From a virus: DNA of 64,000 nucleotides. The notes below the pieces were generated by a model. It was given only the letters and a program-made list of their open reading frames with translations, searched no databases and was not told the DNA's origin. Shown here one piece after another: positions 9,801 through 19,682 of the stretch; the stretch's first letter is position 1; each line of letters opens with the position of its first letter. The stretch spans positions 22,663 through 86,662 of IMG/VR virus record IMGVR_UViG_3300023174_000120. One strand, given 5' to 3'. The position numbers and the translations under genes were made by a program.

Positions 9801-12800
9801 TGCTGGTATAGAATCCAACACTGTCTGCATACGAAGATGAATCATAACCGGTATATACGTCCCAGTCTGTGGCATAGTCAAACATTAATCCTTCAACTCT
9901 AGTCTTAGGATAAACAATTCCAGTCATAAGTTGGCCAAGGTCTAATCCTGGCATGCCAGCTGTTGCTGTATAAAAATTTAAAACTCTATCGGCAGCATTT
10001 AATAAACTGGTTTTCTTATAATAGGATACCACCAATGTTTGACCGATTGGAGGGGTATAATTTAAAAATACAATTTTACTTCTATTTTTACGATATTCCC
10101 CAGTAAATTGTCCATAATCTTCATCGTAATAAGTTATAGAATAATCTAAACCTAATACCAGTGCGCCGCCTAATGTAACTGTAATTTTAGATTTATCGGG
10201 CTCTGCTTCCCAACTCAGCACAAATGAATTATCTGAACCATTACAAATAAAGGTGTCAACTGTTTGAAGATTTTCAATTTCAATACCTCTACTAACCCTA
10301 TCAAACTTCATTCCAATAAGATTTGTTCTAACAGTACCGCTGGTTAGATAATTGTCTGTCCACGATTTCCACGGATATACATTGGTTAATGTATTGGTAA
10401 TTGTAAAGGTAGAAGAACTTTCACTAGCAAGAATTTCTATGCTGGTAAATTGATTTGTATTTTTATCATAGTATGAAGGAAGATCAAAGTCAGTGTTGTA
10501 CGATCCAGTGGGCTCTAATACACTGTACTTAGATGTGAAACTTCTAATGTTGGTATGATAAGGTTTAACTTCCTTGATATAATCTTCAAAGTATTCAGTA
10601 TTTTGTAATTTATAAACTGTGCGTTGATCTAATGTTCCAGCATTGTTTACTACATTAATAAAGGATGTTTTAAATGCCCAATCTAATAATTTCTGTTCAC
10701 TTAGTGCATATTTTACTGCTTTGAAAAATAAGTAATTCCAATTAACTTTTAAGTCATTGATAAACAAATCATCTCTTAATGCTATCAAAATATAATTTAA
10801 TTCAGTGTCAGGTGTTTGATCATATAGTGTTTGATCATAACTACTTACTTGATCAAAGTTAAGATTACTATTAGCAAAATCCCAAACAGTGTCTAATATT
10901 TGAATTGTACCATTTTCACTGTAGACAATATTAAACTGCTCACTAAAATCTCCTACCATACCATCAAGAACTCTTTCTACTATAATATAGTATCCTAAAC
11001 CACCATTTTTAATTTTGACATAATCCCCGGCCTGTAGATCTTCTAGTGATTCTAATTCATATATTTCGTCAACGGTATAAGCATAATCTACGAATGGGTT
11101 ATAATCAGGGCTGATCCAATCACGATAGTCCCAATAGATGGTAGTATTATACTGTTGTGTATGTATTCTTGACCAAGTACTAGTTGACACATCGTAAACA
11201 AACTCGCTCCACTTTCCATTATTTTCGGCATCTGCTAAAACAATTACAGTATAAGATCTAACTTGCAATACCGGCGCCGTTGTAAACTTAGATCCAGCAT
11301 TTACTATTTCGGTATCAATTACACTGCCATATTGGTCAATAATTGTTTTAATTTCGGCCAAAGAATCAGTGGGCAATTTAACCAATGGGCTTATCTTATA
11401 TCCATATCCCGGATTGTCAATATTAACAGTGACTATTCTACCATTTTCTATTTCACAAGAAATTTCAGCCTTTACAAAATTTCTAGTATCAACTGTTAAT
11501 AATCCTTCGTTGTCTTCAACTACTTCATCGTACCTATGACTATCTTCATACGGCACGGTTTCTTGTTTGTTTAAATTAGCAAAACTATAATTGCCAGTAA
11601 TACGATTCGTAATTAGCACACCGTTAGAAAATTCAACAATATTTCTAATGGCCTCGGATCTATTTTTAAACAGAGTTTGGCGTGGTCTGATACTGATCCC
11701 GTACCTGGCTCTGGAGGACAAAGCAGGATCAGGAACTGGATTACCTAAACTATCGTGCCCTAATAAACTGTCAAATAGTTTCTTTTCTAACAGTGTATTT
11801 GGTCGGCTGGTTGCTAATCCTTCCTGTAGTAGTAACCATTCAGTGTGCAATGGAATAGGATTATTAATAATATCGTAATTGATATTAATATGTATTCTGT
11901 CATCAACTAGTGTATCACCCAGATTAGATAACATCATAGAATCTTGATCAATAATCGCAGCATATTTTAACCCGTATAATGTTGGGTCAGCTATAATACT
12001 TGCTATTTGATTGGCAGTGATTCTTCTGTTTTTTGTATTAGGTAATGTTACTTTATTTTTTACCCAGAAATAATATCTGTTTTCAAATGACAAAGTAGCA
12101 GAATTATAGACCTGTTTGATAGATACCACAGAATCATCAGGGTATTTAGGTTGTCCACTGATTCCCTGTGATAATCCTGCTACTGTATCAGCAATTTGAG
12201 ACCATTCGCTAGGCAAGTATGGAGTTCCTACCCATTCGTATATGTCAATGCTGGAACCAGGAAACACTCGTCCCCAGTTGTTTTTTCTATAGGTTACATC
12301 TGCCTGTTCGTACCAAACATATTTTACTGTACTGAGATCCCACCATAACTCGCCGACATGACTATCTAACCAGTTGATATCGGTATTATTAACGGTAGCA
12401 CTAGTGCCGGTTGAATATATTGCAGGATCTGTAAGAGATTTATATCTTACGTCTTGATCTGCTTGTCCGGCAATTTTACCTTTTACCGGATCAATGGTGT
12501 CGAGGTAATCAATTACTTCTTCATTAAAAGAATCAATTATGGAAATTTTCTGTACGGTGTTTAAATCCACTAATTGATTTTGTTTTCTAATTGCTTGAAG
12601 ACTGTCAGATTCTGTGTCTATTTTATAAAATTGATGAACAGCACCCGGTGTATCGCTACTATAAGCAGGAGCACCAACATAGATGCTGTTGTCATTAACT
12701 GCTACGCTATATCCATAATTGGTTCCAGAACTGGCATTCACAGGAACAAGTTCGTAAGTTAATCTAAATTTATTTGTTTTTCTATTATAGATATAAACCG

Positions 12801-15800
12801 ATCCCGAATCATTAGATGAATCGTAAAATACTGTAGAGTCAGCGTCAAATGTTGTGGATTCAGCAAGTGTAGCACTGTCTGGGTTTTTGGCATAGGGAGT
12901 GGTCGGATCAGGCTGATCAGCAGACGATAACAGATCTTTATAGGTATCAAATGTTGTAATGATATGTTTATTTTTACCTATAGCAGAAATAACTAATTCT
13001 GTATTATTATTGTTAATATCAATTGCTTGCCCAAACTTCATTCCGACTGTCGGTAGCGGATTCTCTAAAACACTATCTAATACAAATAAATGGTTAGTTA
13101 ATGTATACACAGCAACCTTACCATAAGATTGATCAGTACCCCTAGCATCTATTGCCGAAACAAACAAATATGATCCATCTGAAGAAACTTTAACAACTTC
13201 TCCAAATTTAGAATGGTCGCCGAATGGTGAGCTAATTGTTTGAATATAAGTTAATGATGTTCCTGTAAAGATTGAAACTATCCCAGCATTGTTTGAATGT
13301 CCGGGGGCGCCAATTGCTATTACACCAGCATCGTCAGATCCACTGATTGAATATCCCCAACGATCCCCGGAAGCTAATGTTACACTGGAAGTCGTAACTG
13401 ATTCAACGTAACTCAGATCAATTGTTCCGGTAGTAACAGTGCTGGTAGTTACAAGATAGGCATAAACATGACCGGTTCCTTGATTATAAATCTGGGGAGC
13501 GCCCACAAGAAGAAGTTTTCCATCATCGGTTTCTGTTTGTTGAACATAGAGACTATGTCCAAATCTTTCATAACTAGAAGGATTAGGACTTAACAAAACA
13601 CGTTGGGTATATTCTTCGTTTGTAAGCGGATCAATTGAGCTGATTTTTACCAGCCCTTCTTGAGTAGAGGTGCTTACTGTTCCTGTATTATAAGCATATC
13701 TAATACTGCTAAAATCGTTAGATTTAGTTCCACTTGCACCCGGTGCTCCGGCAAAAAATATCCCATAACCAGAAGACCCTGTAACACCAATAAAATCTCT
13801 ATCATCGTATGCTAAAGAATATCCAAATTCAGCATTGCCGCCTGGCGCATGATAAGTTATTGAATTGGTATTAAGATTATATCGAATTTTAACTTCAACG
13901 CTACCTTTATTTTTTTCAACATCATATTTTTCAGCGTATACAAATACTGTTCCTGTATTGTTGGTAGATTTATACCCAGTAGCGCCAACCATAAAGATAT
14001 TTGAATTTTTGGCTTTAGTTAAACTCCATCCCAACTTTTCATTGGCTATTGAATTTGATCCAGCAATTGAATATCTATTGTAATTCTTTACCTTTTGATA
14101 AACTACCCAATTACCACTCCCATCATCGTCAACCCACAATTTTGTTTTAACTGGGAATTGTAATAACGTGTTGTCAGAGGGTAATTCATCGTACAAACTA
14201 TAGCGAGAATTAACAAATTTAAACAACAGACCAGTCGATGCTAGTTCTGTAATAGCATTAGGGGTCGGATAATCAATGACAAACTCTGTAATTTTATTAC
14301 TGACAGATTTTACTATATAAATTCCATCAATTCTGCTGTCGCACTCATATATAGCAATAATATCGCCTTTAGATAGGTAATGAGTCTTATCCGTTTTTAA
14401 TGTAAGTTCGCCTGTAGTACCGTCCTCTACAGAAGCTCCTATTATTCTAGAACTGGATAATGTGTATCTAAACACACCCCAGTCATTATTTTTCTTGGCT
14501 GCTACCCAAACTGTATCTCCACGTTTTATAAGTGTACCAGAGTCTTGAATAGATAATACAGCAGTTTCATTATATGCCGTATAATTAACATCATCAAAAT
14601 TCACATATCCAGCAATAGGCAATTGAAACATATCTGTGCTGGAAGTAGTAACAAATGTTGTAGTAGCAACATAATCAGTAGGAACAATAGACCAACTGGT
14701 TGACGTACTGTAATAAATTAAATCATTAGGAACGGACGGAACTGAATCGATAAATTTGATAATTTGTGGATTTTCAATGAACTTACCTTCCACAAGAGAT
14801 ACTTCTAATTCCTTAAATGTTTCGTAAGATCCATAATGTCCTACTCTAAATGCCCATTCTTCTGTATAATCTATATCGCCTTGAAGATTATGAATACTGG
14901 CCTTGGCCAATTTAGCAATTGAATTACGTGTTCCTTTTTCTTTAATATACCCCTGATAAAACTTGTACTGACTAATCGGATTAGTGAAGATATTGTTTAG
15001 ATAAACCCTAGGAGTGTAACCTGTAAGATGCTGAGCCATCTTTTGTTGAGCAGAATCAAAATTGTCAATATCTAAACTGTAAAAATCTTCAAACTGACTG
15101 ATTTTATAATCAAAGTTAGGAATAAGATCTGCAGTAGGTTTTGATCTTAAAACAGTCCACTTGGTAAAGTCAAATTCAGAATCACCAGGTATGTTTTTAT
15201 TAGCAGAATAATAATTTCCATTGAATCTAACAACATCGGCATATCTATAATCAGTATATGTTTTCCAATCGTCTACTACGGCAGTATCATAGATAAATCC
15301 TGGACTAAAATAATCTCCGTTCCATCCTGCTGTTCTAAATCCAACCAGCTTCATTCTACGTTGACGATATCCAGTTTCTACATCGTATATGGTGTCATTG
15401 AACATTGTGGTATTGTTAAACACCATTGCATGTTCTTTTTGTACATTATTAAGAACAACAAAGTATATACCTTGTGGAGTATTGCTGGTGCGAATAGTAC
15501 AGGTGCCATTATCTCTGTTCACGCTTAAATTACTATGTCTAATAGCTTTTCCATTGACCTGTAATACTGCACGATGATAAAAGTTATCAAATATATTATC
15601 GACCACACTATCTGCCGAATAAAACTTAACCTGATCAGCAAATGGACTTAATGTGATTACGCTATTGTCTGCCCAATTCTGTGTAGTCCAAAACAAAAAC
15701 TCATTTCCTGAAAATTTCCAATCTAATATTGTTTGAAGATCGTTATTAAATTGATCAAAAATAAATCCTTGATCTTCTAACCATGCTCCATACCCTACAA

Positions 15801-18800
15801 TAAGATCATAAACTTCTTGAATTTTATCAAACTCAGTGCCGTATGGAATCTGAACTACTTTTTTATCATATCTAATAGCAGTCTGTACACTGACACCGCC
15901 GTTGATCGGTAATGATGGTAATAATTGGAAAAGATTAGCGTTAAAGGTATCTCCACTCTTATGATTAATTTTTACTCTGTAAAATCTATCACCATATGAA
16001 ACTATCTGGCCTTGTTGATAAAATACTCCATATGTTGCCGATTGTGCTGTAGTAACGTCAACATCGGTCAATCCAGTGCTACCACCCGATGAACTAGACT
16101 TCCATAAAACATACGGTTGAGAAACTCCACCTACTGTAATTGTCGGTGTGGTGGCATTACGAACTGCTGGATATACATTAAAATATGGTCTATAATTGTC
16201 ATACCCCCTAACTATAAACTTTCCATTAGACTTTTGAACAATAATACCAGAAATTGCTGTTACCTTAACTGGATTGCTGGTGTTTAAAATGAGATTATAA
16301 TCTTCAGGGGGGAGTATTGCCCCCGAACTTGAACTGGTAGGATCAATTGCATCAATAATAATCTGCATTTTATTTTTGCTAATGAATCCTCCGACCTTAT
16401 AGAACAAATTAAAATCAACATACGCAAGATCGCTCTTTAGCTCTTGTATATAATTTCCAGTTCTTTGTCTACCGGCCTCACTGACAAATACTGAATATCC
16501 AGTTGTTAAATCACTACCATTGCCGTGTATTTTAACCACATCGGGACTTAAAAACTGATGATCATCGCCATATGTCCATTGATCAGCAATATTTTTTGTA
16601 AGTCTAATAGGATCATACAATAACGCAGCATAGTCAGCGGGTTTGGTTAATGCCAATAATTTCTGCAATACAAATGGCCAATAGCTACTACGACGCCATG
16701 CTGTTTCCGCAGGTCCTTGCTGATTAAACGTCCATAAACTTCTAATTTTGCCAGGGGTTATGCTGTTGTCTTGAACAATTAATTCAGTAGGATCTAATAA
16801 ATCGCCAAACTCATCAACTGGTATTACATCCAATAATCCTTCGCGCACATACAAAGGATTAACTACTCCATTGATTCTACCTGCTGATAAATCTTCCCAA
16901 AGCAAACTATTACCACTGGTGTATGGGGCAGGGCCATAGAGGGTGCTCCACCAATCAGGCTCAATTGTAAATCCTAGCATTTCCCAAGGAGCAGTGTGGG
17001 GGCGATCTGTATCGTAAAAATATTTGTAAATTGCTCTCCAACTACCTGTTAGATTGGTGTCTACAGTGGAATTGTAAGTGTTGGTATAATTCCATGTGTA
17101 AGGATTACCTTCGTCAAAAGACGAATTACTGGTAATTTCTATACCATAGATACCTGCCCAATTATTAAAATCGCCATTGATTATACCCTTTATTTCGTCT
17201 TGAGTGTATTGTGTAGCTCTAAATGCTCCAGGAATAACAGTATTATAATCTAATAGTTCGTTACGATACGATGCCTTGATATTATTAAAAATACGTTTTT
17301 CAAATTCTAAAATAATATCATCTCTGTAATCATTATAGGCAATCATTAAACTACCGTCGTGACCTTGAATAACCATTGTATCTTGGTCTACGTAAGTTGT
17401 ATCATTAAAAATCTTAGGAATATATTTTGGATATAATCCTAATTTTGTAGGAGTAGATGGAACAAAATTACCAACTGTATTGGTGTAATCATTTATAACA
17501 ATGGTATCGCCTACTGCCAAATCAACTAGTATTTTAACACTGGAATCATTAACTTCAAATTGATATTCGATATCATGTATCAATTGTGATCCATTAAGAT
17601 ATACCAACACTGCTCTCATTGACAACACCAAAGGATCATAGTCAGTAGTAATCGAATAAATCTTATTTCTGCTATTGGTAACCGTCCAAGTTCTTACAAT
17701 CTTATCTGTACCATATGGAGTCATATCAGACAGATAATACGGACTTAATGTATCTTTGTCGGCATTTAATTCATTAAGAACCTGATCAACAGCCGCAACC
17801 GGATCAGTCTGATTATCAATCTTTGTTATTTTTCTTAAGAAAGCCAATTTATACTGATTGTACTGCTCTGCTGCCTTATCTATTGCGTCAATTAAATTGT
17901 GTTCTTTTTTACCAATGAATATTTGAGCAAAGGCCAACGGATTTATATTTGAAATTAATCTACGTTGACTATTGTTAACATGATCTGCTATCTCACTTAA
18001 TGTAAGACTAGAAATTGATCCATTTAACGGATTGTTAGTTAACCCTAACGGCGGTTCATAATAAGTATCACCTGTTTCCGGCGATACCAATGTTGGAATA
18101 GGATAAGTGTCGGTCCCTGACCAAACATTAACATACTCGTTATCTAATTTACAATAAGTAATACCGGTAGAAATTATTTTGGTAGTCTGACTATCAACCG
18201 AAATTGAAATCGTATCAGTCATGAAATAGTTTTTAAACAGATAACTACCAGTTCCTACACTATTTCGATATTTTATTTTAAATTGTAAAATAGGATCGTA
18301 AATAGTTCCTATTTCATATCCAAATATTTTATTTCCAGCAAAATCACTTTTATAATAAGTGATGTCACTATAACTATTTCCTTGATTATCAAAAAGATCA
18401 AATAATGGTGCTTGATTTATAGTTGTATGTTGCTGAGCATATATCCAAGTATCGCCATCATACCACCAACTGGTACCAGCATAATCGTTGCCAAGAATAG
18501 CACTGGTTACCGATCCTGCTGCCGGTACTGCTATTTCTTCAAGCGTTAATCTTGTTGTGTTTTGAATGACAACATAATTAACTTGATAAATTTTACTGCG
18601 CACTGTCGAATCAGTATCAGCAGTGAAAATAACTTTATGACCCTGCTCTAATAACACTCCATCAACATAATATCCAGCCGACCCTTCTACTGTATTAAAA
18701 GCATCGGTGGTTGTGGTATCAATTAAATCAATATCCGGAATTCCTACACTGCCATAATTGTATAATTTTAAATCTGCTTTAAATTCAATGATAGGACGTC

Positions 18801-19680
18801 TTGCTCTTTTATCAGATGGATATACCGGCTGTTGATCAGATGCTGCTGCACTGATTTTAATAACATCTTTATGCACCCATCGATTATATCTAGACCAAGA
18901 ATTTAGATCTTTACTGGCTCGATTAATGGTAACATATTCGATATTCTCTGGAAGATTTTTGTAACCATCAAAAGGATAATCATCAAAAGGATCGGCATCA
19001 AAATGATCGATATAAAGTGTTGTAATATCTTCTGAAGAATTTAAATCATCGTATGGTACTAATTTAATTACAGATCCAACACCTTCGACAAAAAAGTCTC
19101 GCCCTTGATAAGATTCAGGAGAAACATTTCCTAAAAATCTTAACTTCATTCCATTTAATAAATCAATTCCGTTATAGGTGTAACTGGAAGTTGTAAGAAT
19201 ATCAGTTTCAATGTTCAACACCTGTGTGCTGGTATTGTTGATGACTACATTATCAGGGCCGTTAACTAACCAATAGTAATTTTGATAATTTACAAATTTA
19301 TCCCAATCAATATGAGGGTCGTATGAATAAAAACTACTTCTATATAACCTATCAAAATTATCAGGATACCCACCATTCAGCTGAATCTCGTTAGTAAGAT
19401 CATCTATGCCTATTACATCTTGCACTGTTCCTAAACTGTCTTTAATAACACAGGCTGGTTCTAATTGATAGTTTCCACGAAGGGGTGATGATTCAGCAAC
19501 ATAGATATCGCTAGTGGAAACATAATTAGGCGTAATTGTAGATCCTATGTAACCATCTATTCTTTCTAGCTGGGCAGGATTAATTAATTGATCAAGTGTA
19601 CTGGATAAGAATTTAGAATTTTTTTCAGTTCTTAAAAATTCAGGTAGTAAATTAATTGATTTAATATCTTTAGCGGCCAT
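6859..19680 (-). CDS. Giant (4273 aa) baseplate/virion structural protein with beta-propeller, carbohydrate-binding-like and dockerin-like modules
   Basis: One uninterrupted 12.8-kb ORF directly downstream of the gp6-like gene; FG-GAP-like blades (FGYSLA..., VGAP), W/Y..Y..G..V.Y.G..Y modules, DLNGDGQVTLTDAL. Confidence 0.8.
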   Translation of the reverse strand: MAAKDIKSINLLPEFLRTEKNSKFLSSTLDQLINPAQLERIDGYIGSTITPNYVSTSDIYVAESSPLRGNYQLEPACVIKDSLGTVQDVIGIDDLTNEIQLNGGYPDNFDRLYRSSFYSYDPHIDWDKFVNYQNYYWLVNGPDNVVINNTSTQVLNIETDILTTSSYTYNGIDLLNGMKLRFLGNVSPESYQGRDFFVEGVGSVIKLVPYDDLNSSEDITTLYIDHFDADPFDDYPFDGYKNLPENIEYVTINRASKDLNSWSRYNRWVHKDVIKISAAASDQQPVYPSDKRARRPIIEFKADLKLYNYGSVGIPDIDLIDTTTTDAFNTVEGSAGYYVDGVLLEQGHKVIFTADTDSTVRSKIYQVNYVVIQNTTRLTLEEIAVPAAGSVTSAILGNDYAGTSWWYDGDTWIYAQQHTTINQAPLFDLFDNQGNSYSDITYYKSDFAGNKIFGYEIGTIYDPILQFKIKYRNSVGTGSYLFKNYFMTDTISISVDSQTTKIISTGITYCKLDNEYVNVWSGTDTYPIPTLVSPETGDTYYEPPLGLTNNPLNGSISSLTLSEIADHVNNSQRRLISNINPLAFAQIFIGKKEHNLIDAIDKAAEQYNQYKLAFLRKITKIDNQTDPVAAVDQVLNELNADKDTLSPYYLSDMTPYGTDKIVRTWTVTNSRNKIYSITTDYDPLVLSMRAVLVYLNGSQLIHDIEYQFEVNDSSVKILVDLAVGDTIVINDYTNTVGNFVPSTPTKLGLYPKYIPKIFNDTTYVDQDTMVIQGHDGSLMIAYNDYRDDIILEFEKRIFNNIKASYRNELLDYNTVIPGAFRATQYTQDEIKGIINGDFNNWAGIYGIEITSNSSFDEGNPYTWNYTNTYNSTVDTNLTGSWRAIYKYFYDTDRPHTAPWEMLGFTIEPDWWSTLYGPAPYTSGNSLLWEDLSAGRINGVVNPLYVREGLLDVIPVDEFGDLLDPTELIVQDNSITPGKIRSLWTFNQQGPAETAWRRSSYWPFVLQKLLALTKPADYAALLYDPIRLTKNIADQWTYGDDHQFLSPDVVKIHGNGSDLTTGYSVFVSEAGRQRTGNYIQELKSDLAYVDFNLFYKVGGFISKNKMQIIIDAIDPTSSSSGAILPPEDYNLILNTSNPVKVTAISGIIVQKSNGKFIVRGYDNYRPYFNVYPAVRNATTPTITVGGVSQPYVLWKSSSSGGSTGLTDVDVTTAQSATYGVFYQQGQIVSYGDRFYRVKINHKSGDTFNANLFQLLPSLPINGGVSVQTAIRYDKKVVQIPYGTEFDKIQEVYDLIVGYGAWLEDQGFIFDQFNNDLQTILDWKFSGNEFLFWTTQNWADNSVITLSPFADQVKFYSADSVVDNIFDNFYHRAVLQVNGKAIRHSNLSVNRDNGTCTIRTSNTPQGIYFVVLNNVQKEHAMVFNNTTMFNDTIYDVETGYRQRRMKLVGFRTAGWNGDYFSPGFIYDTAVVDDWKTYTDYRYADVVRFNGNYYSANKNIPGDSEFDFTKWTVLRSKPTADLIPNFDYKISQFEDFYSLDIDNFDSAQQKMAQHLTGYTPRVYLNNIFTNPISQYKFYQGYIKEKGTRNSIAKLAKASIHNLQGDIDYTEEWAFRVGHYGSYETFKELEVSLVEGKFIENPQIIKFIDSVPSVPNDLIYYSTSTSWSIVPTDYVATTTFVTTSSTDMFQLPIAGYVNFDDVNYTAYNETAVLSIQDSGTLIKRGDTVWVAAKKNNDWGVFRYTLSSSRIIGASVEDGTTGELTLKTDKTHYLSKGDIIAIYECDSRIDGIYIVKSVSNKITEFVIDYPTPNAITELASTGLLFKFVNSRYSLYDELPSDNTLLQFPVKTKLWVDDDGSGNWVVYQKVKNYNRYSIAGSNSIANEKLGWSLTKAKNSNIFMVGATGYKSTNNTGTVFVYAEKYDVEKNKGSVEVKIRYNLNTNSITYHAPGGNAEFGYSLAYDDRDFIGVTGSSGYGIFFAGAPGASGTKSNDFSSIRYAYNTGTVSTSTQEGLVKISSIDPLTNEEYTQRVLLSPNPSSYERFGHSLYVQQTETDDGKLLLVGAPQIYNQGTGHVYAYLVTTSTVTTGTIDLSYVESVTTSSVTLASGDRWGYSISGSDDAGVIAIGAPGHSNNAGIVSIFTGTSLTYIQTISSPFGDHSKFGEVVKVSSDGSYLFVSAIDARGTDQSYGKVAVYTLTNHLFVLDSVLENPLPTVGMKFGQAIDINNNNTELVISAIGKNKHIITTFDTYKDLLSSADQPDPTTPYAKNPDSATLAESTTFDADSTVFYDSSNDSGSVYIYNRKTNKFRLTYELVPVNASSGTNYGYSVAVNDNSIYVGAPAYSSDTPGAVHQFYKIDTESDSLQAIRKQNQLVDLNTVQKISIIDSFNEEVIDYLDTIDPVKGKIAGQADQDVRYKSLTDPAIYSTGTSATVNNTDINWLDSHVGELWWDLSTVKYVWYEQADVTYRKNNWGRVFPGSSIDIYEWVGTPYLPSEWSQIADTVAGLSQGISGQPKYPDDSVVSIKQVYNSATLSFENRYYFWVKNKVTLPNTKNRRITANQIASIIADPTLYGLKYAAIIDQDSMMLSNLGDTLVDDRIHININYDIINNPIPLHTEWLLLQEGLATSRPNTLLEKKLFDSLLGHDSLGNPVPDPALSSRARYGISIRPRQTLFKNRSEAIRNIVEFSNGVLITNRITGNYSFANLNKQETVPYEDSHRYDEVVEDNEGLLTVDTRNFVKAEISCEIENGRIVTVNIDNPGYGYKISPLVKLPTDSLAEIKTIIDQYGSVIDTEIVNAGSKFTTAPVLQVRSYTVIVLADAENNGKWSEFVYDVSTSTWSRIHTQQYNTTIYWDYRDWISPDYNPFVDYAYTVDEIYELESLEDLQAGDYVKIKNGGLGYYIIVERVLDGMVGDFSEQFNIVYSENGTIQILDTVWDFANSNLNFDQVSSYDQTLYDQTPDTELNYILIALRDDLFINDLKVNWNYLFFKAVKYALSEQKLLDWAFKTSFINVVNNAGTLDQRTVYKLQNTEYFEDYIKEVKPYHTNIRSFTSKYSVLEPTGSYNTDFDLPSYYDKNTNQFTSIEILASESSSTFTITNTLTNVYPWKSWTDNYLTSGTVRTNLIGMKFDRVSRGIEIENLQTVDTFICNGSDNSFVLSWEAEPDKSKITVTLGGALVLGLDYSITYYDEDYGQFTGEYRKNRSKIVFLNYTPPIGQTLVVSYYKKTSLLNAADRVLNFYTATAGMPGLDLGQLMTGIVYPKTRVEGLMFDYATDWDVYTGYDSSSYADSVGFYTSTTSSSASSSVGGTWTSIHLSSIAGVSIGQYVNVSSTVTQTFTTATVQVVDINTSTNLVIFNTTTFATISTGSSIEFWTLDSEMSILDSAIEGGTWNTSTRVGALGINPEDITIDGDGFITANTSYAPEELVPGEVNESLGINVYTKNPQGGPIVLSSYVNVVAGTTTTQTLGIVPPSADNIIVTFNNNIFTYITGTNFTASTYTIDWAANQIVLPPQAVSGNLGYTIVSIGGGRPDQEAGVIDSSSVSVIGTSTVQAQSLSSYQSVKSAYVTLNGQKIESTGTGVYYELTYANSINRRAAVNVHRLPTDKTNTVTAWFFGTYNKYFNEVKEETFTITGSTYYTLSYPPGNIEPVAEEAIVELYDPATGQRNILRPPHTDYYKVVNLYSTTFPINNTGTYTLGSSLRVYVNGIELKPGFEYSVVGGTQVSINFGICQVNDVVAVLSKPATPNYDYDIVGNVLSLEPGFSTSKQIKVITYNNHDNMFIRTEQFIGLAGRRYQISRPALNDNYVWVIVNGIPLVNKLDYEILDDLVTVQISSRFEHTASDKITIISISDSPLATTVLGYRVFNDIFNRTHFKRLSKQNTTYLTQPLSFTDTEIYVADASVLTPPLVAKNMPGVVIIDGERIEFFTVTGNVLGQLRRSTLGTAPSFYSEENTKVIDQGLDQTVPYKENIYKQVLLTSTSTNTYSISSIDYVANTGTYHQYINDGITFSTNLILQEGQGFISNQIDVRYGGRKLNKTGTFHQDITVSYDSPRYTSIGTTSTVDLLPSTTVMGQGYIVEDTNQVWIYENSVDSSSVNGYVYRGLDYQPPEFTVEIIDKTMALNFGIDAVKMAIGVLPEDLLYDLNGDGQVTLTDALSYVKLAVGYDFTELGFTVNTESNASLLIKNSFDLILNIDNGVQGGIKLVVTKKDLTTVWNDIISSDETKSLMVSSTTQAKFLQLRPAELPDKYYYGGDPGLVGDDGYAITTDEDQPLEGN

Positions 19681-19682
19681 TA

